From the NCBI GenBank assembly GCA_963727445.1, contig CAVSGI010000008.1, forward strand, positions 288,001 to 352,000: 64,000 nt of DNA. Reading direction: 5' to 3'. The notes under the pieces are model-generated. The model was not told the origin of the DNA, made no database searches, and saw only the letters and a list, made by a program, of their open reading frames with translations. Below, piece by piece: positions 41,040-51,448 of the stretch (position 1 is the first letter of the stretch; each line of letters begins with the position of its first letter). A program made the position numbers and the translations under genes. The DNA comes from an uncultured delta proteobacterium. Its GTDB lineage: Bacteria; Myxococcota_A; Polyangia; Polyangiales; B10-G4.

Positions 41040-41453
41040 ATGGGCGAAAGCGAAGCAGACGATGGGGCGGCGCTCATCGCACAGGGCCGCGGCATCTTCT
41101 CCCTCGGCGCGGGACTGATCATCACGATCAACCTCGCAGCGGCGCTCGTGCGCTTCTCGATCACGGGCAATCCGCTCGGCTTCGGACGCGTGGCGCTGAT
41201 CGCCATCTTTCTCTTCGCTGTGTACCGCGGCGCGCCGTGGGCGCGCTTCGTCGTCACGGCGCTCCTCTTCGTGGGCGCGCTACTGTCCTTCATCGGGGCG
41301 GCGATCGCCCGTGAAGTCGCGATGCAGCTCATCTTCCTCGGCAACGGAGGGATCGATCTGGCCTTCGCCGGCGCGCTGATCTGGTCGAAGCCGCTGCGCC
41401 GCTTCCTCGACGCGCAAGCCCTCGCTCGCGAGGTACGTCCCCCCGAGGACTGA
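41040..41453 (+). CDS. Small integral membrane protein
   Basis: About four hydrophobic helices and a YRGAPWAR motif. Confidence 0.7.
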   Translation: MGESEADDGAALIAQGRGIFSLGAGLIITINLAAALVRFSITGNPLGFGRVALIAIFLFAVYRGAPWARFVVTALLFVGALLSFIGAAIAREVAMQLIFLGNGGIDLAFAGALIWSKPLRRFLDAQALAREVRPPED

Positions 41454-42354
41454 TCAGCCGAAGGCCTCGAGCGCGGCGCGCGCGACCACCTCGCCCTGCT
41501 CCTGAACGAAATGCCCCGCTTCGGGGAGCACCAGCGGCTCGGGGCAACCCTTCAGGATCATCTGCATCATCTTCATCACCGGCGGGCCGAGCACCGGGTC
41601 CTTCTCGCCGACGGCCATGAAGATCTTGCCGTCCCACTCGCCGCTCCAGAACGCGCCGGCGCGCTTGCCCACGTCGGCGCCTTCCATCTCGGGTGTGATC
41701 GGCACGAGCGCGGGAAAGGTGCGCACGCCCGCCTTGTAGCGATCGTCCGGGAACGGCGCGGCGTAGGCCGCGGCTTCGGCGTCCGTGAGGCCATCGCACG
41801 AGCGTTTCATGAGCCGCGCCACGTCGAAGCCTGGCGTGTTCGCGACGTAGTCGCGCCACTCGAGGAAGCCCTTCGAGACCGGCATGTCGCCGGTGACGAT
41901 GGCGGTGTTCATCACGATCAACCGATCGAAGCGCCCCGGCATGTCCATCGGCAACGTCAGCCCGAGGATCCCGCCCCAGTCCTGACAGACGAGGGTCACG
42001 CCGCGCAGATCGAGGCGCGTGACGAAGCGCATCAACGCGCCGCGATGGAAGCCGAAGGTGTAGACGGCGTCGTCGACGGGCTTGTCGGAGCGGCCGAAGC
42101 CGAAGAAGTCGGGCGCCACCACGCGATGACCCGCCGCGACGAAGACCGGGATCATCTTGCGGTAGAGGTACGCCCACGTCGGCTCGCCATGCAGGCACAA
42201 GAAGACGTGCTCCGCGTCGGCGGGCCCCTCGTCGAATCCAGTGCATCCGGAGGCCTTCGTACCCTTCGAGGTCGTCGACGTAGTGCGGCGCGTAGGAAAA
42301 GCCGTCGAGATCGGCGAATCGCTCGTCGGGGGTGCGAAGGGCTGGGGTGCTCAT
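41454..42354 (-). CDS. Haloalkane dehalogenase; apparent +1 frameshift ~42235
   Basis: LRTPDERF, LRMHW/DEG, CLHGEPTWAYLY, GFGRSDKP, QDWGG nucleophile and GHFVQE motifs. Confidence 0.9.
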
Positions 42355-42377
42355 GGCGGGGACGCTACCATCGTCCG

Positions 42378-43556
42378 ATGCACCGCACATGGGCTCTGAC
42401 CGCCTCTCTTCCGCTGCTGCTCGCGCTCTCGGCCTGCGGCGACGACTCCGCGCCCGCGGACACGGGAGTCGACACCGGCACCGTGATGGACACCGGAACC
42501 ACGATGGACACGGGTACGGTGACCGATACCGGCACCACCAGCGACAGCTCCGCGGACAGCGCCGTCGCGGACACCCTCGCGCCGGCCCGCGACCGACTCA
42601 TGTATGTGAGCACGGGCCAGTCCCGCCTCGCCGTCGTCACCCTCGCCGCCGATGGAACGATGAGCGCCGTCAGCGACTTCGAGCTGACGCTGCCCAATGG
42701 CTCGGGGGCGATGACCTACGCGCGCTCGGCCCAGCGCCTCTACCTCGGCGTGGGCGGCGACATCGCCACCGTCGACCTCGACACCGACGGCCGCCCCAGC
42801 CTGGCCGGCGTCACCTCGGGAACGGGCACCCCGGTGTACCTGCAGCCAAACGCCGACGAGAGCGTGCTGGTCAGCGCGTATTTCGGCGACGATCTCTTGC
42901 GCACGAGCGACGTGACGGGCGCGCCCCCCCATCCCGAGCTCGATACGGCGATGACACCCGACGAGCCCCACATGGCCACCTTCGGCCCGAACGGCATGCT
43001 CTACGTGCCTCACCGCAATGGTGAGGTCGTGGAGTGGTACGACGTGGGCGCCGACGGAACGCTGGCGCGCCAGGGGAGCCTCGACTCGGAGGCCGGCGCC
43101 GGCCCCCGCCACGCCGCCTTCACCCCCGACGGCGCCTTCGCTTACGTGATCAACGAGTTCGCGGACAGCGTCAGCGCGCACACCGTCGCGGCCGACGGGT
43201 CGCTCACCCGCATCCAGACCCTCACCACCCTCCCCGCTGGCTTCGACGGCGACATGAACACCTGCGCCGATGTGCACGTCACCCCCGATGGACGCTTCGT
43301 CTACGGCAGCAATCGCGGTCACGACTCGATCGCCATGTTCGAGATCCAGTCGGACGGGATGCTCTCGCCGCTGGGCACCGTGAGCACCGAAGCGACGCCG
43401 CGGGAGTTCGACGTCAGTCCCGACGGCCGCTTCGTCGTGGCCGCCGGCCAGGGCAACGGATTCCTCCAGAGCTACGTCGTCGAGTCCGATGGGACGCTCA
43501 CCAGCGTCAATCGGCTGATGGTGGGCGGGAGCCTCCGCTGGGTCATCATCGACTGA
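42378..43556 (+). CDS. Lactonase-family (6-phosphogluconolactonase-like) beta-propeller lipoprotein
   Basis: LSAC lipobox, DTG-repeat linker, and GAGPRH, YVINE, YGSNRGHDSI and TPREF motifs. Confidence 0.88.
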   Translation: MHRTWALTASLPLLLALSACGDDSAPADTGVDTGTVMDTGTTMDTGTVTDTGTTSDSSADSAVADTLAPARDRLMYVSTGQSRLAVVTLAADGTMSAVSDFELTLPNGSGAMTYARSAQRLYLGVGGDIATVDLDTDGRPSLAGVTSGTGTPVYLQPNADESVLVSAYFGDDLLRTSDVTGAPPHPELDTAMTPDEPHMATFGPNGMLYVPHRNGEVVEWYDVGADGTLARQGSLDSEAGAGPRHAAFTPDGAFAYVINEFADSVSAHTVAADGSLTRIQTLTTLPAGFDGDMNTCADVHVTPDGRFVYGSNRGHDSIAMFEIQSDGMLSPLGTVSTEATPREFDVSPDGRFVVAAGQGNGFLQSYVVESDGTLTSVNRLMVGGSLRWVIID

Positions 43557-43573
43557 AGTGATACCCTCGGCGG

Positions 43574-43897
43574 ATGGCGGTGAAACGACGCAAGCTTCGC
43601 GGAAAGCGGCTCCTGATCGTGGCCGGCACCCTGGCCGGCGCGACGCTGATCGGGTGTGGGGACGACGGGAGCCCGATGGATGCTCCAGTGGCCAACCTGC
43701 TCCCGCCGATCGACTCGGCGGTGGACGCCCCGGCGGACAGCGCCGCCGATAGCGCCACCGACGCCCCGCCCAGCGACAGCTCGATGGACGCCACCACGGA
43801 CGGCGCTACCGACGCTGCCAGCGACACGTTGATGCCCATCGACGCCCCGGTCGCCAATCTTCTGCCACCCCCCGATTCCAGCGCCGACGGGGCATGA
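43574..43897 (+). CDS. Small lipoprotein-like peptide with two DAPVANLLPP repeats (candidate modified-peptide precursor)
   Basis: Basic leader KRRKLRGKRLLIV, LIGC lipobox and Asp/Ala/Ser/Thr spacers. Paralog of the next gene. Confidence 0.8.
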   Translation: MAVKRRKLRGKRLLIVAGTLAGATLIGCGDDGSPMDAPVANLLPPIDSAVDAPADSAADSATDAPPSDSSMDATTDGATDAASDTLMPIDAPVANLLPPPDSSADGA

Positions 43898-43909
43898 TAC
43901 GCTCCCCCC

Positions 43910-44209
43910 ATGGCCAAGCGTAGACGTCTCAGGGGAAAGAAGTTGCTCATCGTCAGCGGTGCGATCGCGGGCGCGAGTTTCATCGGGTGTGGGGATGACG
44001 CCACCGCGAATCTGATCGCGCCGCCCGACACCGGCGCGATGGACTCGTCGGCGGACGCCGCGGACACCGGCGCCACCGACACTGGGATGCCTTTCGACGC
44101 GGTCGCGAACCTACTCCCGCCGCCCGACAGCAGCGTGGACGCGACCCCCGACGCGAGCGGTGACGGAAGCGCGGACGGCAGCACCGACGGCAGCGCCGAC
44201 GGCGGCTGA
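43910..44209 (+). CDS. Small lipoprotein-like peptide with TANLIAPP and VANLLPPP motifs (candidate modified-peptide precursor)
   Basis: Leader KRRRLRGKKLLIV and FIGC lipobox. Paralog of 43574-43897. Confidence 0.8.
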   Translation: MAKRRRLRGKKLLIVSGAIAGASFIGCGDDATANLIAPPDTGAMDSSADAADTGATDTGMPFDAVANLLPPPDSSVDATPDASGDGSADGSTDGSADGG

Positions 44210-44212
44210 TCG

Positions 44213-45097
44213 ATGGCCACGCCCGAGCTCTTCGAGCTGGAGATGCTGGGCGGGCCGATGGAGCGGCGCTACCGTCGCCAGCGGCCCGAGGTCGAGGCCA
44301 TGCCCTGGGGCACCCTCGACGCGTCCGAGTATCCCGACAACCTCGTCTTCGCGGCGCGCAAGTCGTGGACCCGCGCGGCCTTTCAGGAGTACCGCACCGG
44401 CACCGCCTGCGCGCTGACCGTCAAAGCGCTCTACGAGGCGCGCGCGCCGCTGGACCTCACCGCCCTCGCCACGCGCTTCCCCCTCGACGAGCTGGTGCAC
44501 GTCGAGCTGACCTCGCGCATGGCGATGGAGCTCGGCGGGGGCGTGCCCGTCTACATGGATCCGGACAACATGATCGTCCGGCCCATCGACGAGAGCCCGG
44601 TGCTCCGCTGCTCGGATCTCGTGGTCCGCTTCTTCTGCGTGGGCGAGGCGCTGTCGATCCCCATGCTCCGCGGAACGTGGAAAGCAGCGGTTCATCCGCT
44701 GTCGAAGGCGGTGCTCGGGCGCATCGTCCGGGACGAAGCCGCGCACGGGTCTTTTGGTTGGGTCTACCTCGACTGGGCGCTGCCGCTCCTCGACGAAGAG
44801 GAAGGGCCGCGCGCGCGAGAGGTGCTGGCCCAGGCCGCGGACGCCACCATCGAGCGGGTGAAGGCGAACTGGGAGCACATCCGCAACCAGCCCTCGGGGC
44901 CGGACAGCGCGATCCACGCCCTCGGCTGGCTCTCCACCGACGCCTACCTGAAGCTCGCCAAGCTGAGCCTCGAGCGCAACGTGCTGCGCCCGCTTCGAAA
45001 GCGGGGCATCCCGATCACCAGCACCGCCGAAGACGTGCCGCTCCGCAACGAGGACGAGATGGCCGTCGAAGCGGCCGACCCCGTCGGCACTACCTGA
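44213..45097 (+). CDS. Ferritin-like diiron-carboxylate protein
   Basis: E...ExxH...E...ExxH pattern (QEYRT, DELVH, VGEALS, DEAAH). Starts 3 nt after the second peptide gene. Confidence 0.8.
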   Translation: MATPELFELEMLGGPMERRYRRQRPEVEAMPWGTLDASEYPDNLVFAARKSWTRAAFQEYRTGTACALTVKALYEARAPLDLTALATRFPLDELVHVELTSRMAMELGGGVPVYMDPDNMIVRPIDESPVLRCSDLVVRFFCVGEALSIPMLRGTWKAAVHPLSKAVLGRIVRDEAAHGSFGWVYLDWALPLLDEEEGPRAREVLAQAADATIERVKANWEHIRNQPSGPDSAIHALGWLSTDAYLKLAKLSLERNVLRPLRKRGIPITSTAEDVPLRNEDEMAVEAADPVGTT

Positions 45098-46467
45098 GCG
45101 GGATCTCGGCGAGCAGCTCCCGCGACAGCGGCGGATCGTTCGCCTCCTCGGGCACCGTGGAGACGTAGAGCTTGTAGAAGCGGACGGCGCGCGCGTCCTC
45201 GCTCGCCTCGGAGAGGGGCCCAGACGCGCTCACCCGGCGAAAGAACGCTTCGAAGCGTCGCGTGTCTGCGCGCGCGCGCTCGTGCGAGCCGAGGAGGCTC
45301 CAGGACAGTGCCCACCAGCGCTGGGAGAGCCCGTCCGGGCTCATCCACTCGACCGGCACCGTCTCGGTGCGCCCGTCGCCGTGCACGAGCTCCACCTCCA
45401 TCACGGGCAGGCGCGCGGCCACCGTGCGATGGAACTTCGGGTAGCAGGCGAAGGGCCACCCGTCGCTGATCCCGAGCGCGCCGAAGACGAGGTTGCCGGC
45501 GACGAGGATGGCGCCGACCACGTAGACGGCGCGCCCGGCCGCGCGCTTCGCGCCCTGTGCGGCGGGGCGCGCGACCGGGCGTACCGATCTTCGCGCGCAC
45601 CCAGCGGTAGGCGTCGGTCCACGGCACGAAGGCGACGTAGGTGAGCCAGAGCGCGGGGAAGTGCAGCCCCATGAAGTACGCCGTGAGCTGGTGGAAGAGG
45701 AGCGCGCCGATGACCGCGATGAGCCGGGTCCGCCGGAAGAGCACCAGCACCACGAAGCTCAGCTCGAGGATGACCACCGAGAGCGCGCCGAGGCGCAAGA
45801 GCGTGGGGTAGTGGTCGATGCGAAAGAGCGGCTCGAGCCCCGGGATCTGAAACCACTTGGCGTACATCTGGTTCTGCAGGTTGTCGCTCCAGATCCAGCC
45901 CCAGCCGCTCTCGAGGAGCTTCCACAGGCCGGGGAAGAAGAAGACGATCCCGATGAGGATCCAGACGAAGCGCAGCGGCACGCCATGGGCGAGATCGGCG
46001 ACATTCGGCACGGAGCGCCCGCGGCGCCGCGCGATGAGCGCGTCGATGGAGAGCGCGTCACCCGAGGGGCTCGCCGCGAGCAGGGCCGCAAACCAGATCA
46101 GGTGGTGATAGTGGAACGCCGAGCCCGCGAACTGGGGGATACCGAGGAGGTAGAGGCCGACCACGGTCACCACGAGCCAGCTCGTTCGGGAGAAGAGGCC
46201 GACCGTGCCCGAGACGATCGCCACCAGCATCACCCAGTAGGCGACCCGGGCCAGAGGAACTGTCATCGGGATGGTGCCGATGACCCAGGCCAGACCGATC
46301 GGCGGAGTTCGAACGGCGTCCGAGAGGGCGGCCCAGCGAACCGCGGCGTGGAGGTCGGGGAGCCGGAGCAGGACCAGGCCGACGACGACGCGGAACACGG
46401 CGAGATCCACGGCCGGGCTCTCGGCCCAGCGGGAGAGGCGCTCGATCACCCTCTTTCGCGCCGTCAC
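45090..46467 (-). CDS. HTTM-domain-like multi-pass membrane protein; apparent frameshift ~45560
   Basis: DLAVFRVVVG, ALSID, FFFPGLWKL...W, ILELSF and LFHQLTAYFMG segments. The C-terminal part (WPFACYPKF) is in ORF 45090-45521. Confidence 0.72.
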
Positions 46468-46565
46468 GGGCGAACCCTAACCCCGGAAGGGGCCGGTCAA
46501 AAACAGCACGTGAAGGCCCCCGTTTCGGGCTATTCTCCCGCGCGCGGGGGACCTGAGGAGCCACA

Positions 46566-46940
46566 GTGCAGCGGATCACCGTCAATCTCGTCGTCGATTC
46601 CATCGAGGCCTGCCTTCCCTTCTGGGAGGGGCGCCTGGGGTTCGACCGCGCGGTAGAAGCCCCGGAAGGCGACGTTCTCGGCTTCGTCGTCCTCGAGAAG
46701 GACGGCCTCGAGATCAACATGCAGACCCCGCAGAGTCTGGCGAACGACATCGTCGAGCTCTCCGGCGATCGCTATCGCAGCTTCATCTACATCCACGTGG
46801 ATGACCTCGAGCCGATCCGCGGAGCCCTCGTCGACCACGCCAAGGTCATCCCGGAGCGAGAGACCTTCGACGGCGTCAAAGAGCTGGTCGTCCGCGACCC
46901 CGCCGGCAACGTGGTGATCTTCGCACAACAAGTGGATTGA
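46566..46940 (+). CDS. VOC/glyoxalase family protein
   Basis: GAGGAG RBS; LVVDSIE..LPFW..RLGF, YIHVDDL and VRDPAGNVVIF motifs. Confidence 0.88.
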   Translation: MQRITVNLVVDSIEACLPFWEGRLGFDRAVEAPEGDVLGFVVLEKDGLEINMQTPQSLANDIVELSGDRYRSFIYIHVDDLEPIRGALVDHAKVIPERETFDGVKELVVRDPAGNVVIFAQQVD

Positions 46941-47902
46941 TGCGGGGAGCGGGGGGCCTACTCGCCCTGCTCGCGCTCGCGGGCGGGTGCGGGAGTGAGC
47001 GGCAGAGAGAGCCGCCGTTAGCGGAGACCCGCGAGCGCCCCGAGCAAGGCGCGGAGGAGACCTCGGACGAGGCCTCGTCCGACGAGACGCCCGAGGCGGA
47101 GGCGCGGCTGGCGGCGCCCACGTGTGAAGAACGTCGCGCCGAGATGGACGCATCGATCGCCGCCGTGGTCGCTGCGCATGCGGAGTGCACCTACGACGTC
47201 GAGTGCGTCGCGGCGCCGGGCGGTGGCGATTGCGCGACCGGTTGCGACGTCGCGGTCCATCCACGGGGCGTCGGCGCGGTCCACGAGGCGGTGCGACGGA
47301 TCTCCGACGCGCTCTGCCCACCCTTTCTCGAAGCCGGGTGCGAGGCGCCCCCCGCCGAGTGTGCGCGGAGCACGGCCCGATGCGCGTCGGGGCGCTGCGC
47401 GATGGAAGAGGGCGAGGCGCCGCTCCGCGAGCTGGCGGTGCCGGCGGAGAACGAAGCCCGCCGAAGCGAAGATCCGCCGCCGCGCCCGTCCCCTGGAGAC
47501 GCGGAAGAGGAGCGGGCCCGGCGCCTCTTCGACGCCGTGGTCCACGACGAGCCCGAGCGCGCTTCCGACTTCTTCTTCCCACGCGAAGCCTTCGCCGTGG
47601 TCAAGGCCATCGCCGACCCCGACGGCTACTGGAAGCGGCTCCATGGCCGCTACGTGCGGGACATCCACGCCCTCCACGCCGAGCTCGGCGACCTGTCGGA
47701 CGCGGAGTTTCAGCGCCTCGAGATCATCCGTCGTGGGGGCTGGGTCCAGGTCGGGGAGGAGGGCAACGCCCTGCCCTACTGGGTCGCGCGCCACAACCGC
47801 CTCTACTACAGGGTCGGCGGCGAGGAACGGAGCTTCGAGGTGCGCGTGGTGATCACCTGGGGCGATCGCTGGTACATCACCCACCTGAGCGAGTTCCACT
47901 GA
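46937..47902 (+). CDS. Lipoprotein, unknown function
   Basis: AGGC lipobox, a Cys-rich small domain and a C-terminal domain (FFFPREAF..VK...WY). Confidence 0.75.
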   Translation: MMRGAGGLLALLALAGGCGSERQREPPLAETRERPEQGAEETSDEASSDETPEAEARLAAPTCEERRAEMDASIAAVVAAHAECTYDVECVAAPGGGDCATGCDVAVHPRGVGAVHEAVRRISDALCPPFLEAGCEAPPAECARSTARCASGRCAMEEGEAPLRELAVPAENEARRSEDPPPRPSPGDAEEERARRLFDAVVHDEPERASDFFFPREAFAVVKAIADPDGYWKRLHGRYVRDIHALHAELGDLSDAEFQRLEIIRRGGWVQVGEEGNALPYWVARHNRLYYRVGGEERSFEVRVVITWGDRWYITHLSEFH

Positions 47903-47951
47903 GGCACGAGAGCATGGTCCCCCACAGGGCGCCTGTGGCATCCTCGGCGCG

Positions 47952-48851
47952 ATGAGGTTCATCGTCTCAGCGCTCCTCGCGATGCTGGCCCTCGCGGCCA
48001 CGGCGCCGAACGCCCGCGCGCAGGACGACGGCGAGGGCGACGGTCAGGAGCAGGACCAGGACCAGGGGCGCGGGATGACCGAGGCCGATCGCGAGTCCCG
48101 CATCCACTTCGAGGCCGGGCAGGCGCACTACGAGCGAGGCGATTACGAGAGCGCCGCGCGCGAGTTCGAAGCGGGCTACGCCCGCCAGCCGCTCAGCGCC
48201 TTTCTCTTCAACCTCTACTTGACCTACGAGCGCATGGGCGACTTCGCGGGCGCCGCCCAGCGCCTCGACGAGTACCTCCAAGCGGAACCGAACGTCGAAG
48301 GGCGAGACGTCCTGGACGATCGTCTACAGAACCTGCGCCGTCGCGCGGCCAATCAGGCGGGGACCGAGACGGAAGCGGGGACCGAGACGGAGACGGGGAC
48401 CGAGACCGGGACGGAGACGGAGACCGGGACAGTGACGGAGACGGAGACCGGGACGGTGCCGGTCGTGGACGCGGACACGGACTCCGCCGCGGAATCGGGC
48501 GGCTCCGACTTCACGGTCCCCGCGATCATCGGCTTCGCCGTCGGCGGCCTCGGGCTCGCGGCCTTCGGGGTCTTCGGGGCGCTGACCCTCGCCGAGGACT
48601 CGCGCCTCTCCGACGTGTGCGGGACCGACTACGGTATCGGGGGCGGCTACTGCACCTCCGACGAGGTCCAGGCGGAGCGCACCTTCGGCCTCATCGCGGA
48701 CATCGGCCTGGGCATCGGGCTCGCCGGCGCGATCGCGGGCACCATCCTGCTTCTGTTGAGCGGGGGAGAGGCGGAGGAGACGACCGCCCGCTTCAGACCC
48801 GTCGTCAGCGACACCGCCGTCGGCATGAACGCGGAGGTCGCGCTCCCATGA
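47952..48851 (+). CDS. TPR-containing exported/membrane protein with Thr-Glu-Gly low-complexity linker
   Basis: Signal peptide, HFEAGQAHYERGDYESAAREFEAGY TPR, TETG repeats and C-terminal TM helices. Confidence 0.82.
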   Translation: MRFIVSALLAMLALAATAPNARAQDDGEGDGQEQDQDQGRGMTEADRESRIHFEAGQAHYERGDYESAAREFEAGYARQPLSAFLFNLYLTYERMGDFAGAAQRLDEYLQAEPNVEGRDVLDDRLQNLRRRAANQAGTETEAGTETETGTETGTETETGTVTETETGTVPVVDADTDSAAESGGSDFTVPAIIGFAVGGLGLAAFGVFGALTLAEDSRLSDVCGTDYGIGGGYCTSDEVQAERTFGLIADIGLGIGLAGAIAGTILLLLSGGEAEETTARFRPVVSDTAVGMNAEVALP

Positions 48852-49552
48852 AGCGAGCGCTCATCCTGCTCTTCCCGGCGCTGCTCTCGTCGTGCAGCCT
48901 GGCGACCGATCCCGATCGCCACACCACTGGCGCGCCCGTCAGCGCCGAGAATTTCTGCGACGAATACGCGAACACCGTCTGCGCGGCCAACATCGCTTGC
49001 TGCGCCACGCCGACCGATGGATGCCTCACCGTTGTCCGGACCGTCTGCATGCTCTACGGACCCGCCATCCAGAGCGACCTCACGGGCTTCAACCCGCGTC
49101 GCGCCGGGCGGTACCTCGCCGACTATCGCGAGCGCGCTTCGACCTGCGATCCCTCGGTCTCCGAGGTTCTCGATATTCGTCACACGATGCGCGCGCTCTT
49201 CGATGGCACACGTGCGGCACACGAACGCTGCGACCCGACGGGCACTCTGGACGTCGTTCCTTTCGCCTCCTGCCTCGGCGACCTGGAGTGTCAGCTGACG
49301 ATCAGCAGAACCTTCGAGTGCGCAGAACCGGGCACGCAGGGAGATCCTTGCATTTCCTACCTGTCGTGTGCAGAAGGCCTGACCTGCCTCGACGCCGCCA
49401 CGGGATCTCCCGGCCACTGCGACCAGCCTCTGGGCGACGGCATGGCGTGCACCGACAACAACCAGTGCGCCAGCCTGCGCTGCAGCGCTTCGCACGGCAA
49501 CACGTGCCAGCCCCGCACCGTGGAGTCGGCGTACTGTTCCGCCGACCCCTGA
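48848..49552 (+). CDS. Cys-rich lipoprotein
   Basis: MKRALILLFPALLSSC lipobox, many Cys residues and an ATGA overlap with the upstream gene. Confidence 0.78.
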   Translation: MKRALILLFPALLSSCSLATDPDRHTTGAPVSAENFCDEYANTVCAANIACCATPTDGCLTVVRTVCMLYGPAIQSDLTGFNPRRAGRYLADYRERASTCDPSVSEVLDIRHTMRALFDGTRAAHERCDPTGTLDVVPFASCLGDLECQLTISRTFECAEPGTQGDPCISYLSCAEGLTCLDAATGSPGHCDQPLGDGMACTDNNQCASLRCSASHGNTCQPRTVESAYCSADP

Positions 49553-49562
49553 GCGCGAAGAT

Positions 49563-51314
49563 CTAGATCGAGATCGACCCCTCGCGGAACTTGCTCTTCG
49601 CGAGGTGCACGTTGATGAGCACCGGCTTGCCCTCGGCGGCGATGGACTTCGCCTCCTCCAGGGTCTCGTCCACCTTCGTCGGGTCGGTGAGCAAGAGGCC
49701 CTTGCCGCCGTAGCCCTCGGCCACGTCGTGGTAGGACGTGCGAAGGAGCGTGGTGCCGACCTCGTCACCGAGGATCACCACCTGGTCGCGGGCGATCTGT
49801 GCCCAGCTGGCGTCGGTCCCGACCACGCCGATCGGGGCGAGGCCGTGACGGGCGTAGGTGTCGAACTCGCTGATGCTGTAGGCGCAGGATCCGTCACCCC
49901 AGATGATCCAGACCTCCGAGCCCGGGCGCACGTAAGAAGCGCCCACCGCGAAGCCACCGCCGACGCCGAGGGTCCCGAAGACGCCCGGGTCCAACCAAGA
50001 GAGCGGCGAGCGCGGACGCAAGATGTAGGCAGCCGTCGCCACGAAGTCGCCGCCGTCCGCGACGATCACCGAGTCGTCGCTCATCTTCTGCTCGAGGCGC
50101 TGAAAGAAGTGGATCGGATCCACCAGCTCCGAGTCGCTACGGCCCTCGGCGGCGATCTCCGCGTCGCGGGCCGCCTCGCGCTCCACCAGCTTTTCGAACC
50201 AGTCGTCCCAGCGCCCCTCGCTGCGCCCTGCCTCGCGCGCCAGCGCGACGAGGAAGTCCGCGGCGTTGGTCTGGATCGCGATCTCCGGGCGCCGGTTCTT
50301 CCGCAGCTCCTCGGCGCTGAGGTTGACCGCCACCAGCGTCGCCTTCTTGCTGATCGAGAGCCCATACTTGAGCCGGAAATCGAAGGGGAAGCCGCAGACG
50401 ATCACCAGGTCGGCCTCCTTGAGGGCGCGACCGCGCTTGTGTCGAAACTGGATGTCGCTGTGGCGTCCGAGCAGGCCGCGGGCGGTTCCACCGAGCCAGG
50501 TCGGAACGCCCAACGTGTTGACCGCATCGGCGAGCGGGCGCGGGTCGGCGCAGTTCACCATCGTCTGGCTGCCGACCACCAGCGCGGGCCGGCGCGCCTT
50601 GCGCAGGAGCGAGGCCACCTTGCCGAGCTGGGCGTCGGCGAACGCGCGCTTGGGCAGATCGAGCCCCGGCATCGGGAGCTCCAGGCTCACGTGCGGCATG
50701 TGGAACTGCCGGTAGAGGTGGCCCTTCAGATAGAGGCCGAGGGCGCGCGCACCGATCCCCTTGGCGTCTTCGACGCCGGCCTCTTTCAGGTACCAGTCGC
50801 GCACCACGTGCTCCGGATAGAGGATGTCCACCGGCACTTCGATGAAGACAGGTCCTGGCACCCCACCCTTGGCGATCTCGAAGGCCCTCTCCACCGTCGG
50901 TCCCAGCTCGGCCACGGTGGAGACGCTGGTCGCCCACTTGGTGCAGGGACGCATCAGCGCCAGCTGGTCGATGTCCTGCAGCGATCCCCTGCCCTTCAGG
51001 ATCGTCGCCGTCGCGCCGCCGAAGAGCACCATCGGCGTCTGCGCCATCTGGGCGTTCTTGAGCGCGGTGATGGCGTTGGTCACGCCGGGTCCGGCGGTCA
51101 CCGCGGCGACACCCGGCCGCCCCGTCATGCGCGCGGTGGCGTCGGCCGCGAAGACCGCGTTCCGCTCGTCGCGACAGTCGACGACCTTGATGCCGCGCTC
51201 CTTGGCGCCGATCAGGATGGGGGAGATGTGTCCGCCGCAGAGGGTGTAGACGAAGGGCACCCCGTGACGGGAGAGAACCTCGCCGACGATCGCGCCGCCG
51301 TGGGACTTGGGCAT
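49563..51314 (-). CDS. Thiamine diphosphate-dependent enzyme, acetolactate-synthase-like (ILVBL/2-hydroxyacyl-CoA lyase type)
   Basis: [44 protein letters not shown] and C-terminal FREGSISI. Confidence 0.88.
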   Translation of the reverse strand: MPKSHGGAIVGEVLSRHGVPFVYTLCGGHISPILIGAKERGIKVVDCRDERNAVFAADATARMTGRPGVAAVTAGPGVTNAITALKNAQMAQTPMVLFGGATATILKGRGSLQDIDQLALMRPCTKWATSVSTVAELGPTVERAFEIAKGGVPGPVFIEVPVDILYPEHVVRDWYLKEAGVEDAKGIGARALGLYLKGHLYRQFHMPHVSLELPMPGLDLPKRAFADAQLGKVASLLRKARRPALVVGSQTMVNCADPRPLADAVNTLGVPTWLGGTARGLLGRHSDIQFRHKRGRALKEADLVIVCGFPFDFRLKYGLSISKKATLVAVNLSAEELRKNRRPEIAIQTNAADFLVALAREAGRSEGRWDDWFEKLVEREAARDAEIAAEGRSDSELVDPIHFFQRLEQKMSDDSVIVADGGDFVATAAYILRPRSPLSWLDPGVFGTLGVGGGFAVGASYVRPGSEVWIIWGDGSCAYSISEFDTYARHGLAPIGVVGTDASWAQIARDQVVILGDEVGTTLLRTSYHDVAEGYGGKGLLLTDPTKVDETLEEAKSIAAEGKPVLINVHLAKSKFREGSISI

Positions 51315-51448
51315 GTGGCCTCGCTTGTCGTTCTTTCTGCGGCGAATTCTGCCGCCGCGCGGGCCGTAATAGCGCCCACGGCTCCCCCCGTCGAGGGGCG
51401 GCGGAGCCCGGGCAGAAGCCGGGCGCACAAAGGGCTACTCTGCGCTCG

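Noticed and set aside
48357..48460. Short tandem GAGAC/GGGAC repeats
   Set aside because: They encode the in-frame Thr-Glu-Thr-Gly linker of the TPR protein. There is no repeat-spacer structure and no cas gene, so this is not a CRISPR array.
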